Positions 12,000-22,057 of a stretch of DNA of 64,000 nt are shown in pieces; position 1 is the first letter of the stretch, and the number at the start of each line of letters is the position of its first letter. Origin of the DNA: Gammaproteobacteria bacterium. GTDB lineage: Bacteria; Pseudomonadota; Gammaproteobacteria; 21-64-14. Below the pieces are notes generated by a model. The model was not told the DNA's origin. It ran no database searches and saw only the letters and a list, made by a program, of their open reading frames with translations. A program made the translations under genes and the position numbers. Location of the stretch: assembly GCA_027013145.1 (NCBI GenBank), contig JALUXX010000011.1, positions 192,556-256,555 on the forward strand, read 5' to 3'.

Positions 12000-13259
12000 T
12001 CAGGAGGCGGCGCGCACTCCCGCAGGCGGTGGCGCGGAGACCGCGGGGGCGGGCCCGGGCCCGGGCAGGCGCGGCCCGGTCCCGACCGCGAGTTCGAGCC
12101 CTTTGCGAAAGTGCGTGCGGGCGGCCTCGTGCTCGCCGAGCTGTTCCAGCAGACCACCGAGTTCCTGGTGTGCGGCCGCCGTGGGCGCGGCGCCGAGGCT
12201 CGCCTCGAGATAGCTGCGGGCCTTGCCCCACAGCCGGTTGCGCAGGCACAGCCGTCCCAGCGCGAGCAGCAGCACGGGGTCGCGCTCGTGCCCGGGCAGC
12301 CAGGCCTCGGCGTACTGAAGCTGCCGGCCGGGATCGGACCCCGCCAGGGTGCCGTAACACTCCACCAGCGGTTCGCTCCACCCGTGCCGCAAGGCCTCGC
12401 GCACGAGCGGTTCGGCCTCCGCCTCGGCGCCCAGGCCGCGCAGCCGCCGGACGTAGGCGGCGAGCAGTTCCGCATCGCGCTGCAGCCGCCGCGGCATCCG
12501 CGCCCGCGCCGCACGCAGTCGCGCGAGATCACCGCTGCGCGCGGCCGCCTCGATGAGCGCGCCGTACGCGCGCCGTTCCAGCTCCGCGGCGCGTTCCGCG
12601 TCGATGACTCCGCGCCGGCGCAGTTGCGGCAGCAGGTCGAGGAGGTGGTCCCACTCGCCGAGGTCGACGTACAGCGTCGTCAACAGCTTGAGCACCTGCG
12701 GGTGGCGCGGCGCGAGCGCGCGCAGGTGGGTGAGCGTGGCCAGCGCCTGCTCGTGCTGGCGCGCGGCCATCTGCAGTTCGGCCTGCGTCAATCCGATCGC
12801 GACGTCCGCTTCCGGCATGCTCTCGTGGGCCGCGGCGAGATACCGGTCGCGGCGCTCGCCGGCCCCCTGGAGCTGGGCGGCGCGCGCCGCGCCCAGATAG
12901 TGGAGCACCGGCGCATCGGTGTTGGCGGCGGAGCGCAGCAGCGTGCGCTCGGCCTCCTCCCAGCGCCCCTCCGCGAGCTGCAACAGGCCGCGAGTGAGCG
13001 CCGCACGCGTGCGCGCCGCACGCCGGCGTTCCTGCCAGCCCCGCACCCGTGCGGGAAGATGACGCGCGCCGGCGACCGCCCGCAACAGTCCGTAGAGCAC
13101 CGCGAAGGCGGCGACCAGCCCCACCAGCACCAGCGACAGCGCGACCTCGATGCGCCAGTGCCCGAGGGCGATCACTACGTAGCCCGGATGCTGCAGCACG
13201 AACACCGCGCCGGCGACCGCGGCCACCAGCGCCGCGAGCACGATGAGCAGCAACTTCAT
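12000..13259 (-). CDS. hemY: heme biosynthesis-associated TPR protein HemY
   Basis: N-terminal TM segment MKLLLIVLAALVAAV then TPR-like repeats. Last gene of the hemCDXY cluster. The upstream part of the long ORF is antisense GC artifact. Confidence 0.85.
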   Translation of the reverse strand: MKLLLIVLAALVAAVAGAVFVLQHPGYVVIALGHWRIEVALSLVLVGLVAAFAVLYGLLRAVAGARHLPARVRGWQERRRAARTRAALTRGLLQLAEGRWEEAERTLLRSAANTDAPVLHYLGAARAAQLQGAGERRDRYLAAAHESMPEADVAIGLTQAELQMAARQHEQALATLTHLRALAPRHPQVLKLLTTLYVDLGEWDHLLDLLPQLRRRGVIDAERAAELERRAYGALIEAAARSGDLARLRAARARMPRRLQRDAELLAAYVRRLRGLGAEAEAEPLVREALRHGWSEPLVECYGTLAGSDPGRQLQYAEAWLPGHERDPVLLLALGRLCLRNRLWGKARSYLEASLGAAPTAAAHQELGGLLEQLGEHEAARTHFRKGLELAVGTGPRLPGPGPAPAVSAPPPAGVRAAS

Positions 13260-14317
13260 CGCCCGGCGCCCGCCCCGGCCGTGGTGCGCGCGGCGATGCG
13301 CCGCAGCAGACGCAGCGACCCGGAGATGTCCGGCAACCGGGTGACCACGCGCGCCCCCTCGAGCCCGCGGATCTCCGCGTCCGCGGCGCGAACCGCCGGC
13401 GCGGCGGCGTCGAAATACTCCTCGAGCCAGCGCGCCGCCGTCTCCAGACTCGTGCGATAGAGCGCAGGTTCGCCCCGCAGGACGGCCAGGCGCGCGGTCT
13501 CGAGCTGCAGTGTGAGGTTCTGGCGCAGGAACCAGCGCTCGTCGGGGGCGAGCATCGGTCGCGGCGGATGGTCCACGCGTCGCACCACCACCAGGCTGCG
13601 CAGGCTCTCGCCGACGGCATGCAGCACCTGGCGCCAGCCGTGCGCCGCCGGGCGCTCGCCGCCGCGGGAGACCGCGGGCGCCGCCGCCACGTGCGCGGAG
13701 GCCGTCGGCAGGGTGCCCACCGATGCGATCAAGGCCCCCAGACGCGCCTCGATCCCGGTCACGTCGGCGACGGGCGCCGCCCGCAGCGCGGCGATCTCCT
13801 GCGCGATGCGCTCGCGTACGGGGCGGAAGGCCGGGTCCGCGAGCGCGGCGAGGCGGCGGTCCGCCGCCTGCAGCGCGGCGATCGCGGTGGCCGCGTCCGC
13901 GCTCAACTGCGCGCGCTGGTTCGCGATCGACAACAGGTACTCGGCTTCGGCCACGCGCCAACCGCCGCGTTCGCGTCCCAGGCCGGTACGCAGCGACTCG
14001 AGCGCGCGCCGCAGATCGCGCACTCCGGCCGCGTTGGCCGCCTCGGCGCGCGCGAGCCGCGCGGAACTCTCTTCGAGCCGGGCCCGCAGCGAGGCGACCT
14101 GGGCGGTGAGCGCCGTGCGCGCATGCTCTGCGCGCCGCTGGTTCCATGCCAGCCAGCCGGACCCGGCGAGCGCCGCCACGGCCAGCAGCAGCGCGACGAC
14201 GGCGACGACCGCCGCCGCGCGCCCGCCGCGGCCGCTCGCCGGCGGCGCCGCGTCCTCCGACTGCGCCCCCGGCTTCTCCTCCGCGACCGGGGCCGGCACC
14301 GTCTCCTGCTCACTCAT
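13256..14317 (-). CDS. hemX: HemX family membrane protein (uroporphyrinogen-III methyltransferase-like misnomer)
   Basis: N-terminal low-complexity region plus TM and coiled-coil regions. Position between hemD and hemY. 4-nt overlap with the hemY start. Confidence 0.85.
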   Translation of the reverse strand: MSEQETVPAPVAEEKPGAQSEDAAPPASGRGGRAAAVVAVVALLLAVAALAGSGWLAWNQRRAEHARTALTAQVASLRARLEESSARLARAEAANAAGVRDLRRALESLRTGLGRERGGWRVAEAEYLLSIANQRAQLSADAATAIAALQAADRRLAALADPAFRPVRERIAQEIAALRAAPVADVTGIEARLGALIASVGTLPTASAHVAAAPAVSRGGERPAAHGWRQVLHAVGESLRSLVVVRRVDHPPRPMLAPDERWFLRQNLTLQLETARLAVLRGEPALYRTSLETAARWLEEYFDAAAPAVRAADAEIRGLEGARVVTRLPDISGSLRLLRRIAARTTAGAGAGR

Positions 14318-14446
14318 ACGTGCGTTTACCCCCGGCGCCGCGGCGCCGATCGACCTCCGTGCACGGCCCCCGCCGGCGCGTGTCCGACGCTCCCACCGGC
14401 ATGGTAGCGGATCGCGTGCGCGCTGTAACGCGACCGGCCGGTGCCC

Positions 14447-15250
14447 TCATGCGCGCGACCCGCGGCGCCACTCGGCGACGGCCGCCACGAGCGCCTCGTC
14501 GCTCGCCTCGGCGGCGACGAGCACCGCCTCGCGGCAGCCGAGCTCGCGCGCCAGTGCCGCCGTGCGCTCGCCGACGACCGCGAGCGGCGTACGGCGCAGC
14601 CATTGGCGCCCGAGCTTGCCGACCAGCTCGAAGAGGTTGCGCAGTCCCTCGCCGCTGGTCACGGTGACGATCTGGAGTTCGCCGCGGGCCCAGTGGCGCA
14701 GGAGCCGGCCGACGTCGGCGTCGGGCCGGCCGCGACGGTAGGCCTCGGCGTATTCGACCTGCGCGCCGCGCCGGCGCAGCTCGTCGCCGAGCAGTTCGCG
14801 CCCGCCCTCGCCGCGAAAGATCACCACGCGGCGTCCGGCCACGGCCGCGGCCTGCATCTGCGGGGTCGCAAGCAGCGCCTCGGTGTTGAACGGGCGCGGC
14901 GGCACGATATCCGCACGGACCCCCGCACGCTCCAACTCGCGCGCCGAACCGCGGCCGATGGCGGCGATGCGCAGCCCTGCGGGCAGGGCGCGCCGCCCGA
15001 GCAACAGGTTCAGGGTCTTGGTCACGGCGTTCGGGCTGATGAAGATCGCGAGATCGAAGGTGTCGAGGCGGTCGATCAGCGCCAGCAGGGGGCCGCGGTC
15101 CGCCGGGTCCAGGATCTCGAGCACGGGGAAGCGGATCGCGCGCCCGCCCCCGGCCTCGATCAGCCGACAGAGCGGTTCGGCCTGATGGGCGGGACGGGTG
15201 ACGAGCACGCCGATCCCCGCGAGCGGGGCGCCCTCAACGTCTTCCACCAT
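14447..15250 (-). CDS. hemD: uroporphyrinogen-III synthase
   Basis: HemD family similarity (GIGVLVTRP ...). Position after hemC. Confidence 0.85.
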   Translation of the reverse strand: MVEDVEGAPLAGIGVLVTRPAHQAEPLCRLIEAGGGRAIRFPVLEILDPADRGPLLALIDRLDTFDLAIFISPNAVTKTLNLLLGRRALPAGLRIAAIGRGSARELERAGVRADIVPPRPFNTEALLATPQMQAAAVAGRRVVIFRGEGGRELLGDELRRRGAQVEYAEAYRRGRPDADVGRLLRHWARGELQIVTVTSGEGLRNLFELVGKLGRQWLRRTPLAVVGERTAALARELGCREAVLVAAEASDEALVAAVAEWRRGSRA

Positions 15251-15271
15251 CGTCGCAGCTCCCGGGCCCGA

Positions 15272-16204
15272 TCAGGCGCCGGCGTCGAACAGGTCCTGGA
15301 GGATCCGCGCGGCGCCGCGCGCAAGCAGCTCCTCCGCGAGGCGGCGCCCCAGCGCCGCGCCCTCGGCCGCCGGTCCGCGCACCTCGCCCTCGACCAGCTC
15401 GCTGCCGTCGGTGCGCCCGACCAGACCGCGCAGGTGCAGCGTCGGGCCGGCGAGCGTGGCGTGACCGGCGATCGGGACCTGACAGCCGCCGCCGAGCCGC
15501 GCCCCGAAGGCCCGCTCGGCGGCCACGCAGGCGGCGGTGGGCGCATCGTTCAGCGGCAGGATGCGTTCGAGCACGCGCACGTCGTCCGCCCGGCACTCGA
15601 TGCCGATCACCCCCTGCCCCACGGCCGGCAGGCTCTGGTCGGGGTCGAGCGGCGCCCGGATGCGCTCGCCCAGACCCAGCCGCCGCAGGCCCGCCGCCGC
15701 CAGCACGATGGCCTCGTACTCCCCGCGGTCGAGCTTCGCGAGGCGCGTCTGCACGTTGCCCCGCAGGTCGAGAATTCGCAGCCGCGGGCGGCGCGCGCGC
15801 AACTGACACGCCCGACGCAGGCTCGATGTCCCCACGCGGGCGCCGTCCGGCAGCGCCGCGAGCGATGGATAGCCCGAGACCAGGGCGTCGCGCGGGTCTT
15901 CGCGCGCCAGCACCACCGGCAGCACCAGTCCCTCGGGCAGTTCGGCGGGCACGTCCTTGAGGGAATGGACTGCGAGGTCGGCCTCGCCCTTGCGCAGACT
16001 CTCCTCGAGTTCCTTGAGGAACAGGCCCTTGCCGCCGATCTTCGCGAGCGGGCTGTCGAGGATGCGGTCGCCGCGGGTCTGCATCGGCAACAGCTCCACC
16101 CGCAGCCCGGGGTGGTGCTCCCGCAGCCGGTCGCGCACCCATCCGGCCTGCCACAGCGCCAGCGGGCTGCGGCGCGTGGCAATGCGCAGCAGGGACCCGC
16201 TCAC
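15272..16204 (-). CDS. hemC: hydroxymethylbilane synthase (porphobilinogen deaminase)
   Basis: [15 protein letters not shown] and dipyrromethane cofactor region. Full-length HemC. Confidence 0.92.
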   Translation of the reverse strand: MSGSLLRIATRRSPLALWQAGWVRDRLREHHPGLRVELLPMQTRGDRILDSPLAKIGGKGLFLKELEESLRKGEADLAVHSLKDVPAELPEGLVLPVVLAREDPRDALVSGYPSLAALPDGARVGTSSLRRACQLRARRPRLRILDLRGNVQTRLAKLDRGEYEAIVLAAAGLRRLGLGERIRAPLDPDQSLPAVGQGVIGIECRADDVRVLERILPLNDAPTAACVAAERAFGARLGGGCQVPIAGHATLAGPTLHLRGLVGRTDGSELVEGEVRGPAAEGAALGRRLAEELLARGAARILQDLFDAGA

Positions 16205-16307
16205 GTGCCCGCCATCCGTAACCGAACCATATGATTTCCCGCGAGAACCCTGAAAGCCGCCCAGGCCGCGCCCATGCTATGCCGAGCCCGCCACGCTGGC
16301 AACTCAT

Positions 16308-16328
16308 CAAAGGGGACAGATTTATTTG
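16308..16328. repeat. left 21-bp inverted repeat (caaaggggacagatttatttg) flanking the RAYT gene
   Basis: Exact reverse complement of 17074..17094. Confidence 0.85.
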
Positions 16329-17023
16329 GCGCGCAGCTCGCGAGGTCGGTCGCCCGGCCTGCGGGGCTCGATGCGCCGCCCCGTGACCTGCTCTACGTCG
16401 TCGACGAAACGACCGTTTCCGGTCAACTGGCCGCGCTGTACCGCCTCCCGGATCAAGTCCCACTCGCCGTTCGGAATCGCCGCTCGCACGAACGCACTGT
16501 AGCGTTCGCGGCGCTGCTCGGGCGTTTCCCCCAACGACGTATAGCAGGGATCCTCGTCAATCCAGGATGATTCCTCCAGCCCCGCCTTGGCGCGGTAACT
16601 CGACCACCGGTATTCCTGCGGCGATGCCACCATGCGCGCGCGCACGGGATTCAGATCCACATAGCGGCAACAGGCCAGCAGGTAGGCCTCGGTTTGAACG
16701 GGGCTCGATTTGTACCGGCTTTCCCAAAGGGTCCCCCGTCGCCCCTCCAGCCGATTCACATGGCGCGTCTGCCGCCCGGCCAACCGCTTCATCAAACGAG
16801 CCAGCATCGCGACTTCGTCGGGTGGTTCGACAATCAGATGGACATGATTCGTCATCAGGCAATAGCCGTACACCTTGACGCCAAGTTCGATCTTCCAGCG
16901 CTTCAGGGTATCGAGGTAGTACCTGAAATCTCCTTCCCCAGCGAACACCGCTTGACGGTTGTGACCGCGTTGCACAATGTGATGCGCGCAATTCGGCACC
17001 ACCACCCTGCCTGTCCTTGGCAT
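16322..17023 (-). CDS. REP-associated tyrosine transposase (RAYT; IS200/IS605-type Y1 HUH TnpA-like)
   Basis: HUH motif HVHLIV and catalytic Tyr region YVDLNPVRARMV typical of TnpA_REP/RAYT proteins. Start at MPRTGRVVVPN. Confidence 0.85.
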   Translation of the reverse strand: MPRTGRVVVPNCAHHIVQRGHNRQAVFAGEGDFRYYLDTLKRWKIELGVKVYGYCLMTNHVHLIVEPPDEVAMLARLMKRLAGRQTRHVNRLEGRRGTLWESRYKSSPVQTEAYLLACCRYVDLNPVRARMVASPQEYRWSSYRAKAGLEESSWIDEDPCYTSLGETPEQRRERYSAFVRAAIPNGEWDLIREAVQRGQLTGNGRFVDDVEQVTGRRIEPRRPGDRPRELRAK

Positions 17024-17081
17024 AGGGGCTCCTCCCGCGTGACTCACGCGTCAGAATGCTAAACCGTAAGGCTCAAATAAA

Positions 17082-17121
17082 TCTGTCCCCTTTGGGAAGG
17101 GTCTGTCCCCTTTGGGAAGGG
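17082..17121. repeat. tandem direct repeat, 2 x 20 bp (tctgtcccctttgggaaggg)
   Basis: Two exact consecutive copies, overlapping the right inverted repeat and abutting the Yip1 stop codon. Confidence 0.9.
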
Positions 17122-17706
17122 TCACAACAGCTGGTTGCCGTACCCCCAGATGGCTACGCTGGCCATGAGCAGGGCCTCCAGCACCAGCACGCCGATGGCG
17201 AAGATCGAGCCGGAAACCCGAAGGCCCTCCTCTTTGCTGATGTTGAGGAAACAAGGCACCGCCAGATACAAGAGATACCCCGAATAAAGCAGGGCGGCCG
17301 CGCCCACGACGATGCAGACCCACACGACCGGGTACAGCGCGACCAGGCCGCTGATGAACATCGGTGTCGCGATGTAGGCGGCGAATACCACACAGCGGCG
17401 CAGAGCCGGTCTCTGGGGATAACCCCTCGCCAACCAGTGGATCACCTTCCCCATGAAGACCACCGCCGCGAGGATCGCAACGTAGAACACGGCTCCCAAA
17501 ATGGCGGCGGTAGTCTGGCTGAGGACGATCGTTTTCCCGCCAAGGTCCCAGCCGTGCCCCGTCGTTCCGATAAAGGCGCTGACCACGGGGATGGCGGCCA
17601 GCAATAACACATGGTGGCAGTAACAGTGTGAGACGCTCTCGTTTTCTTCTGCAATGGCATGCATCTCGTGATCAGGATGCGTCAGAAGTCCGCGGACATG
17701 GCTCAT
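17122..17706 (-). CDS. Yip1 family membrane protein
   Basis: MSHVRGLLTHPDHEMHAIAEENESVSHCYCHHVLLLAAIP... and five predicted TM segments match the conserved gammaproteobacterial Yip1/DUF1282 family. Confidence 0.75.
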   Translation of the reverse strand: MSHVRGLLTHPDHEMHAIAEENESVSHCYCHHVLLLAAIPVVSAFIGTTGHGWDLGGKTIVLSQTTAAILGAVFYVAILAAVVFMGKVIHWLARGYPQRPALRRCVVFAAYIATPMFISGLVALYPVVWVCIVVGAAALLYSGYLLYLAVPCFLNISKEEGLRVSGSIFAIGVLVLEALLMASVAIWGYGNQLL

Positions 17707-18082
17707 ACCCCTTCCCCCGTCGAAACGCCGCATCGGCAACAATCGTAGTATAGCCAGCAAAGTCTGTAGGGGTACATCGACTACAGGGCCGTCCCGAGTG
17801 CACCGGATCCCCGGCCGGTAAGCCCGTAGACCCATTGGTACGTGATCGCTGAGCGCGGATTCCCACTGCTTCCGAGCGGTCTTTCGCTCGGCTTCTTCGG
17901 CGACCGTCGGAATGAAGGGCGGTGTCCGTGCGTCCTGAACTGTAATGCCGATCGCCGGCAGGCCGCGAACCGGCGTGTTCCCGGATGAGGGTCCGCCGGG
18001 GTTGCATCCGGGCTGCGGGATCCCGCCCGCCAGTTACACAGGTCTCTACGATGCCTATCGACCGCAAAGGGGTAGCGCCGAA

Positions 18083-18604
18083 GTGAAGCGCGGAGGATGG
18101 TTCGGCGCGGCCGCGGCGATGTTGCTGGCGGCGGTCGCGGGCACGCCGGCGGCGGGCGCCGCGGGGGCGGTACCGCAGGTCCGTGATCTCGCCGCGCTCG
18201 GGCGGGCGGCGGCGGCGCGCCGGGTGCCGATCGTCCTGGAATTCGCCGCCAGCGACTGCCGCTACTGCCGCGAACTGGAACGCGACGTGCTCGTGCCGAT
18301 GCGCGTGAGCGGCGATTATCGCGACAAGGCGCTGATCCGGCGGATCGAGATCGACACCGGCGCGACGGTGCGCGACTTCGGCGGGCGCCCGGTGGCGGCC
18401 GCCGCGCTGGCGCGGCGCTACGGGGTCGAGGTGACTCCGGTGGTGGTCCTGCTCGGTCCCGGCGGCCGCGAACTGGTCCCGCGCCTGGTCGGGATCGCCA
18501 ACCCGGATTTCTATCCCGGCGAGCTCGACGCCGCGATCAGCCGCGCGCGGAACCGGTTGCGCGCTGCAACAGGCGCCGTAGCCGCGGCTGGTGGCGGCGG
18601 CTGA
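18083..18604 (+). CDS. periplasmic thioredoxin-fold protein (CxxC: SDCRYC), SoxW/DUF255-like
   Basis: Signal peptide MKRGGWFGAAAAMLLAAVAG (GTG start) then a thioredoxin-like domain with a C-R-Y-C motif. The 3' end overlaps the algR 3' end by 68 nt. Confidence 0.65.
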   Translation: MKRGGWFGAAAAMLLAAVAGTPAAGAAGAVPQVRDLAALGRAAAARRVPIVLEFAASDCRYCRELERDVLVPMRVSGDYRDKALIRRIEIDTGATVRDFGGRPVAAAALARRYGVEVTPVVVLLGPGGRELVPRLVGIANPDFYPGELDAAISRARNRLRAATGAVAAAGGGG

Positions 18605-19298
18605 CTTCCAGGCACACGTCCACGCCGTCCACCCGTGCGCACACGCGCCCCTCGGGGTCGCGATCGAGCCCGCTGAAGAAGGCGCGCGCGACGAGGGCGT
18701 TGCGGTGGATGCGCACGAAGCGCTCGCCGAATTCGCGCTCCAGCGCCGTGAGGCTCTCCTCGATCAGCAGGGCGTTTCCGTCCACATAGACCGTCACGTA
18801 TTTGTCCGCGGCCCGCAGGCAGCGCACCTCCTCGACGGGGACCAGGGTCAGGCTGCCGCGCACCCGCGCGCAGAGGTGACTGCGCGCCGCGGCCCCCGCT
18901 TCGGCGCGCTCATCGCCGCGCAGCGCCTCGAGTTGGGCGCGTGTGACGTGGCGCGTGCGGGCGAGCGCGGCGGCCAGGCGTTCGCGCCGGATGGGCTTGA
19001 GCAGGTAGTCGACCGCATGCGCCTCGAAAGCCTCCAGGGCGTGATCGCCGTAGGCGGTCGTGAAGATCACGGCGGGGGGCGCGGGCAGGGTCGCGAGGTG
19101 GCGGGCCGCCTCGAGCCCGTCCATGCCGGGCATGCGGATGTCGAGCAACAGCACCTCGGGGGCGAGTTCGTCGGCGCGCAGGATCGCCTCACGCCCGTCG
19201 GCGGCCTCGCCGACCACGGTGTAGCCGCCGAGTTCGGCGAGCAGGGTGCGCAGACGCCGCCGCGCCGGGGCCTCGTCGTCGGCGATCAGGACGTTCAT
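18537..19298 (-). CDS. algR: LytTR-family response regulator AlgR
   Basis: Receiver domain MNVLIADDE...DIRMPGMDGLE and C-terminal LytTR DNA-binding domain. Adjacent to algZ, as in Pseudomonas. Confidence 0.9.
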   Translation of the reverse strand: MNVLIADDEAPARRRLRTLLAELGGYTVVGEAADGREAILRADELAPEVLLLDIRMPGMDGLEAARHLATLPAPPAVIFTTAYGDHALEAFEAHAVDYLLKPIRRERLAAALARTRHVTRAQLEALRGDERAEAGAAARSHLCARVRGSLTLVPVEEVRCLRAADKYVTVYVDGNALLIEESLTALEREFGERFVRIHRNALVARAFFSGLDRDPEGRVCARVDGVDVCLEVSRRHQPRLRRLLQRATGSARG

Positions 19299-20368
19299 CG
19301 CGCCTCCTCCGCCGCCAGCGGCAGGCGCAGGCGGACCTCGAAGTGCCCGTCGGTCGTACGCACGCTGAGCGCGGCTGCCTCGCCGTAGGCGAGTGCGAGC
19401 CGCTCGCGGATGTTCTCGAGGGCGATGCGATGTCCGTCCCGCCGGCGCGTCGCGGACCCCGGCGGGGGTAGCGGGTTGCGCAGGACCAGGACCACCGCGC
19501 CGCCCTCGCGGTGCGCCTCGACCTGGATCGCCCCGCCCTCGGGCCGGGGTTCGATGCCGTGGTAGACGGCGTTCTCGAACAGCGGCTGCAGGAGGAGCGG
19601 CGGGACGGGCAGATTCGCCGGCAGATCGTCGGTGCGCCACTCCACGCGCAGGCGCTCGCCGAGGCGAAGCCCCTCGATCCGCAGGTAGCGGCGCGCCATG
19701 TCGATCTCCTCGCCGAGGCCGACGCGGCGGCGCGCGTCGGAGAGCGCGGCGCGGAACAGGTCGGCGAGGTCCTCGATCGCGGTTTCGGCGATCTCGGGGC
19801 GCTCACGGGTCAGGGCGGCGATGGTGTTCATGCTGTTGAACAGGAAATGCGGGCGGATCCGCGCCTGCAGGGCCTGGAGCCGCGCGTGCGCCTCGGCCTG
19901 CAGGTTGCGCCGCCATTGGTGCTGGACGTAGAGATGGCGCAGCACCACGGCGGCGACGATCGCGGCGATGACGAGGTTGCGCAGCACGAAGGCCGCGTGC
20001 CCCTCGCGCACGCCGCCGTACTGGAGTCCCTGCCACTGCAGGAGGCGGTACGCGGCCTCGCTCACGGCCAGGGTCACCAGCAGCAGCAGGGCGTAGCTCA
20101 CCCAACCCGCGCGGGTATCGCCGAGCCGTGCCAAGCGCCCGCGCAGCGCGCACAGCAGGCCGGCGCCCGACAGGGCGACCCACTGGATGGACAGCGAGAC
20201 CAGGCTCAGGTCGCCCCAAGGGTCGCTCAGGTTCCGGGGCGGGGCGAGGGCCAGCACCAGGGCCAGCAGCTCCGAGAGCACGACCACGACGAAGACCACC
20301 CGGACATTGCAGAAGTCCGGGAGGAAGACCTCCGGCGTCCCATCGTCCGCCGCACTGCGTTCGACCAC
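19295..20368 (-). CDS. algZ: sensor histidine kinase AlgZ/FimS (LytS-type, no recognisable ATP-binding HATPase_c domain)
   Basis: FLPDFC N-terminal motif, four TM segments, His-kinase region [13 protein letters not shown]. 4-nt overlap with algR. Start tentatively at GTG 20368. Confidence 0.8.
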   Translation of the reverse strand: MVERSAADDGTPEVFLPDFCNVRVVFVVVVLSELLALVLALAPPRNLSDPWGDLSLVSLSIQWVALSGAGLLCALRGRLARLGDTRAGWVSYALLLLVTLAVSEAAYRLLQWQGLQYGGVREGHAAFVLRNLVIAAIVAAVVLRHLYVQHQWRRNLQAEAHARLQALQARIRPHFLFNSMNTIAALTRERPEIAETAIEDLADLFRAALSDARRRVGLGEEIDMARRYLRIEGLRLGERLRVEWRTDDLPANLPVPPLLLQPLFENAVYHGIEPRPEGGAIQVEAHREGGAVVLVLRNPLPPPGSATRRRDGHRIALENIRERLALAYGEAAALSVRTTDGHFEVRLRLPLAAEEAR

Positions 20369-20427
20369 GCCCCGCCCCTCGACCCGCGCCCGCCCGCGCC
20401 CCGGCGGCGCGGGTGCAGGCCCCGAAT

Positions 20428-20436
20428 TGCTATACT
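20428..20436 (+). promoter_or_regulatory. candidate extended -10 promoter element (TGcTATACT) for argH
   Basis: TGnTATAcT about 75 nt upstream of the argH ATG in the algZ-argH divergent region. Confidence 0.3.
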
Positions 20437-20511
20437 GCGCACCGGCACCGCGGCGGCGCAATCGGCACGCCGGCGGACCGTCCTCAGGATAGCGACAGGC
20501 GCGGCGCGGGC

Positions 20512-21900
20512 ATGAAGGACGACACGGCGGACAAACCCTGGGGCGGGCGCTTCGGCGAGCCCACCGACGCCTTCGTGGAGGCTTTCACGGCCTCGGTCCC
20601 GTTCGACCGGCGCCTCTACGCCTGCGACATCGAGGGCTCCGTCGCCCACGCGCGCATGCTCGAGCGCGCCGGGATCCTCGATGCGCGCGAGTGCCGCGCG
20701 ATCGTCGAGGGGCTCGAGGCGATCCGCGCGGAGATCGAGCGCGGCGACTTCGCCTGGTCGCTGGCGCTCGAGGACGTACACATGAACATCGAGGCGCGCC
20801 TGACCGCGCGCATCGGCGACGCCGGCAAGAAGCTGCACACGGGGCGCTCACGCAACGATCAGGTCGCCACCGATCTGCGGCTGTATCTGCGCGGCGAGAT
20901 CGACTCCGTGCGCGCCGCGATCGCCGGATTGCAGTCCGCGCTGCTGGATACGGCCGAGCGCGAGGCCGATACGATCATGCCCGGGTTCACCCACCTGCAG
21001 GCGGCGCAGCCGGTCACCTTCGGCCACCACCTCATGGCCTGGTTCGAGATGCTCGATCGCGATCGCGAGCGCCTGCTCGACTGCCGGCGACGCGTCAACG
21101 TCCTGCCGCTCGGGGCGGCGGCGCTCGCGGGCACCTCGTACCCGATCGACCGCGCCTATACCGCGGAACTGCTCGGTTTCGAGGGCGTCTGCACGAACTC
21201 GCTCGATGCCGTGAGCGACCGCGACTTCGTCATCGAGTTCCTGGGGTGCGCGGCGCTGCTGATGACCCATCTCTCGCGCATCGCCGAGGAGCTGATCCTG
21301 TGGTCCTCGGCGCAGTTCGCCTTCGTCGATCTGCCGGACCGCTACTGTACCGGCTCCTCGATCATGCCGCAGAAGAAGAACCCCGACGTACCGGAGCTCG
21401 TGCGCGGCAAGAGCGCGCGCGTCATCGGGCATCTGGTCGCCCTGCTGACCTTGATGAAGGCCCAGCCGCTCGCCTACAACAAGGACAACCAGGAGGACAA
21501 GGAGCCGCTGTTCGACGCCGTCGACACCGTGGCGGGTGCGCTGCGCGCGTTCACCGGTCTACTCCCCACCCTGCGCGTCGACCGCGAGCGGATGCGGCAG
21601 GCGGCGCGCCTGGGCTACACCACGGCCACCGATCTGGCCGACTATCTGGTCCGCCGGGGCGTCGCGTTTCGCGACGCCCACGAGGCGGTGGGGCGGGCGG
21701 TGCGCTTCGCGCTCGAACAGGGCCGCGACCTCTCCGAGCTGAGCCTCGAGGAGCTGCGTGGCTTCTCAGCGGCGATCGAGGAAGACGTCTACGCGGTGCT
21801 CACGCTCGAGGGCTCGGTGGCGGCGCGCAACCACCTCGGCGGCACCGCGCCGGAGCAGGTGCGCGCCGCCGTCCGCCGCGCCCGCGAACGCCTGTCCTGA
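20512..21900 (+). CDS. argH: argininosuccinate lyase
   Basis: [11 protein letters not shown]..., [12 protein letters not shown] signature, full length. Confidence 0.93.
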   Translation: MKDDTADKPWGGRFGEPTDAFVEAFTASVPFDRRLYACDIEGSVAHARMLERAGILDARECRAIVEGLEAIRAEIERGDFAWSLALEDVHMNIEARLTARIGDAGKKLHTGRSRNDQVATDLRLYLRGEIDSVRAAIAGLQSALLDTAEREADTIMPGFTHLQAAQPVTFGHHLMAWFEMLDRDRERLLDCRRRVNVLPLGAAALAGTSYPIDRAYTAELLGFEGVCTNSLDAVSDRDFVIEFLGCAALLMTHLSRIAEELILWSSAQFAFVDLPDRYCTGSSIMPQKKNPDVPELVRGKSARVIGHLVALLTLMKAQPLAYNKDNQEDKEPLFDAVDTVAGALRAFTGLLPTLRVDRERMRQAARLGYTTATDLADYLVRRGVAFRDAHEAVGRAVRFALEQGRDLSELSLEELRGFSAAIEEDVYAVLTLEGSVAARNHLGGTAPEQVRAAVRRARERLS

Positions 21901-22057
21901 GTCCGAGGGCCCCGCGCCCCCGCGCGACCCCGCCGTCGGCGAGCGCCGTTGATGGCGATATAACTAGCCGAATGTTAAAGGGAATTCTGTGCCCGGCCGC
22001 GAGCCGCGGCGGCCCGGGGCTCCAGATCCCCGGCTCACGGCCGCTAACCGTGGGACC

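Larger units (their letters stand above)
16308..17123 (-). mobile_element. REPtron-like unit: RAYT gene bounded by inverted 21-bp repeats plus a tandem 20-bp repeat
   Basis: The inverted repeats at 16308..16328 and 17074..17094 sit just outside the stop and start of the RAYT ORF. A tandem repeat follows at 17082..17121. Confidence 0.7.

Noticed and set aside
16308-17123. Classical IS element with terminal inverted repeats
   Set aside because: The encoded protein is a Y1 HUH (IS200/RAYT-type) enzyme, which does not use DDE-style terminal inverted repeats and target duplications. The flanking inverted 21-mers fit the RAYT/REP (REPtron) model better. Only a genome-wide repeat count can confirm this.
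21937-22057. Sigma70 -35/-10 promoter upstream of cyaA (TTGATG ... TATAAC)
   Set aside because: The spacing between the candidate boxes is only about 4 nt. No convincing pairing found.
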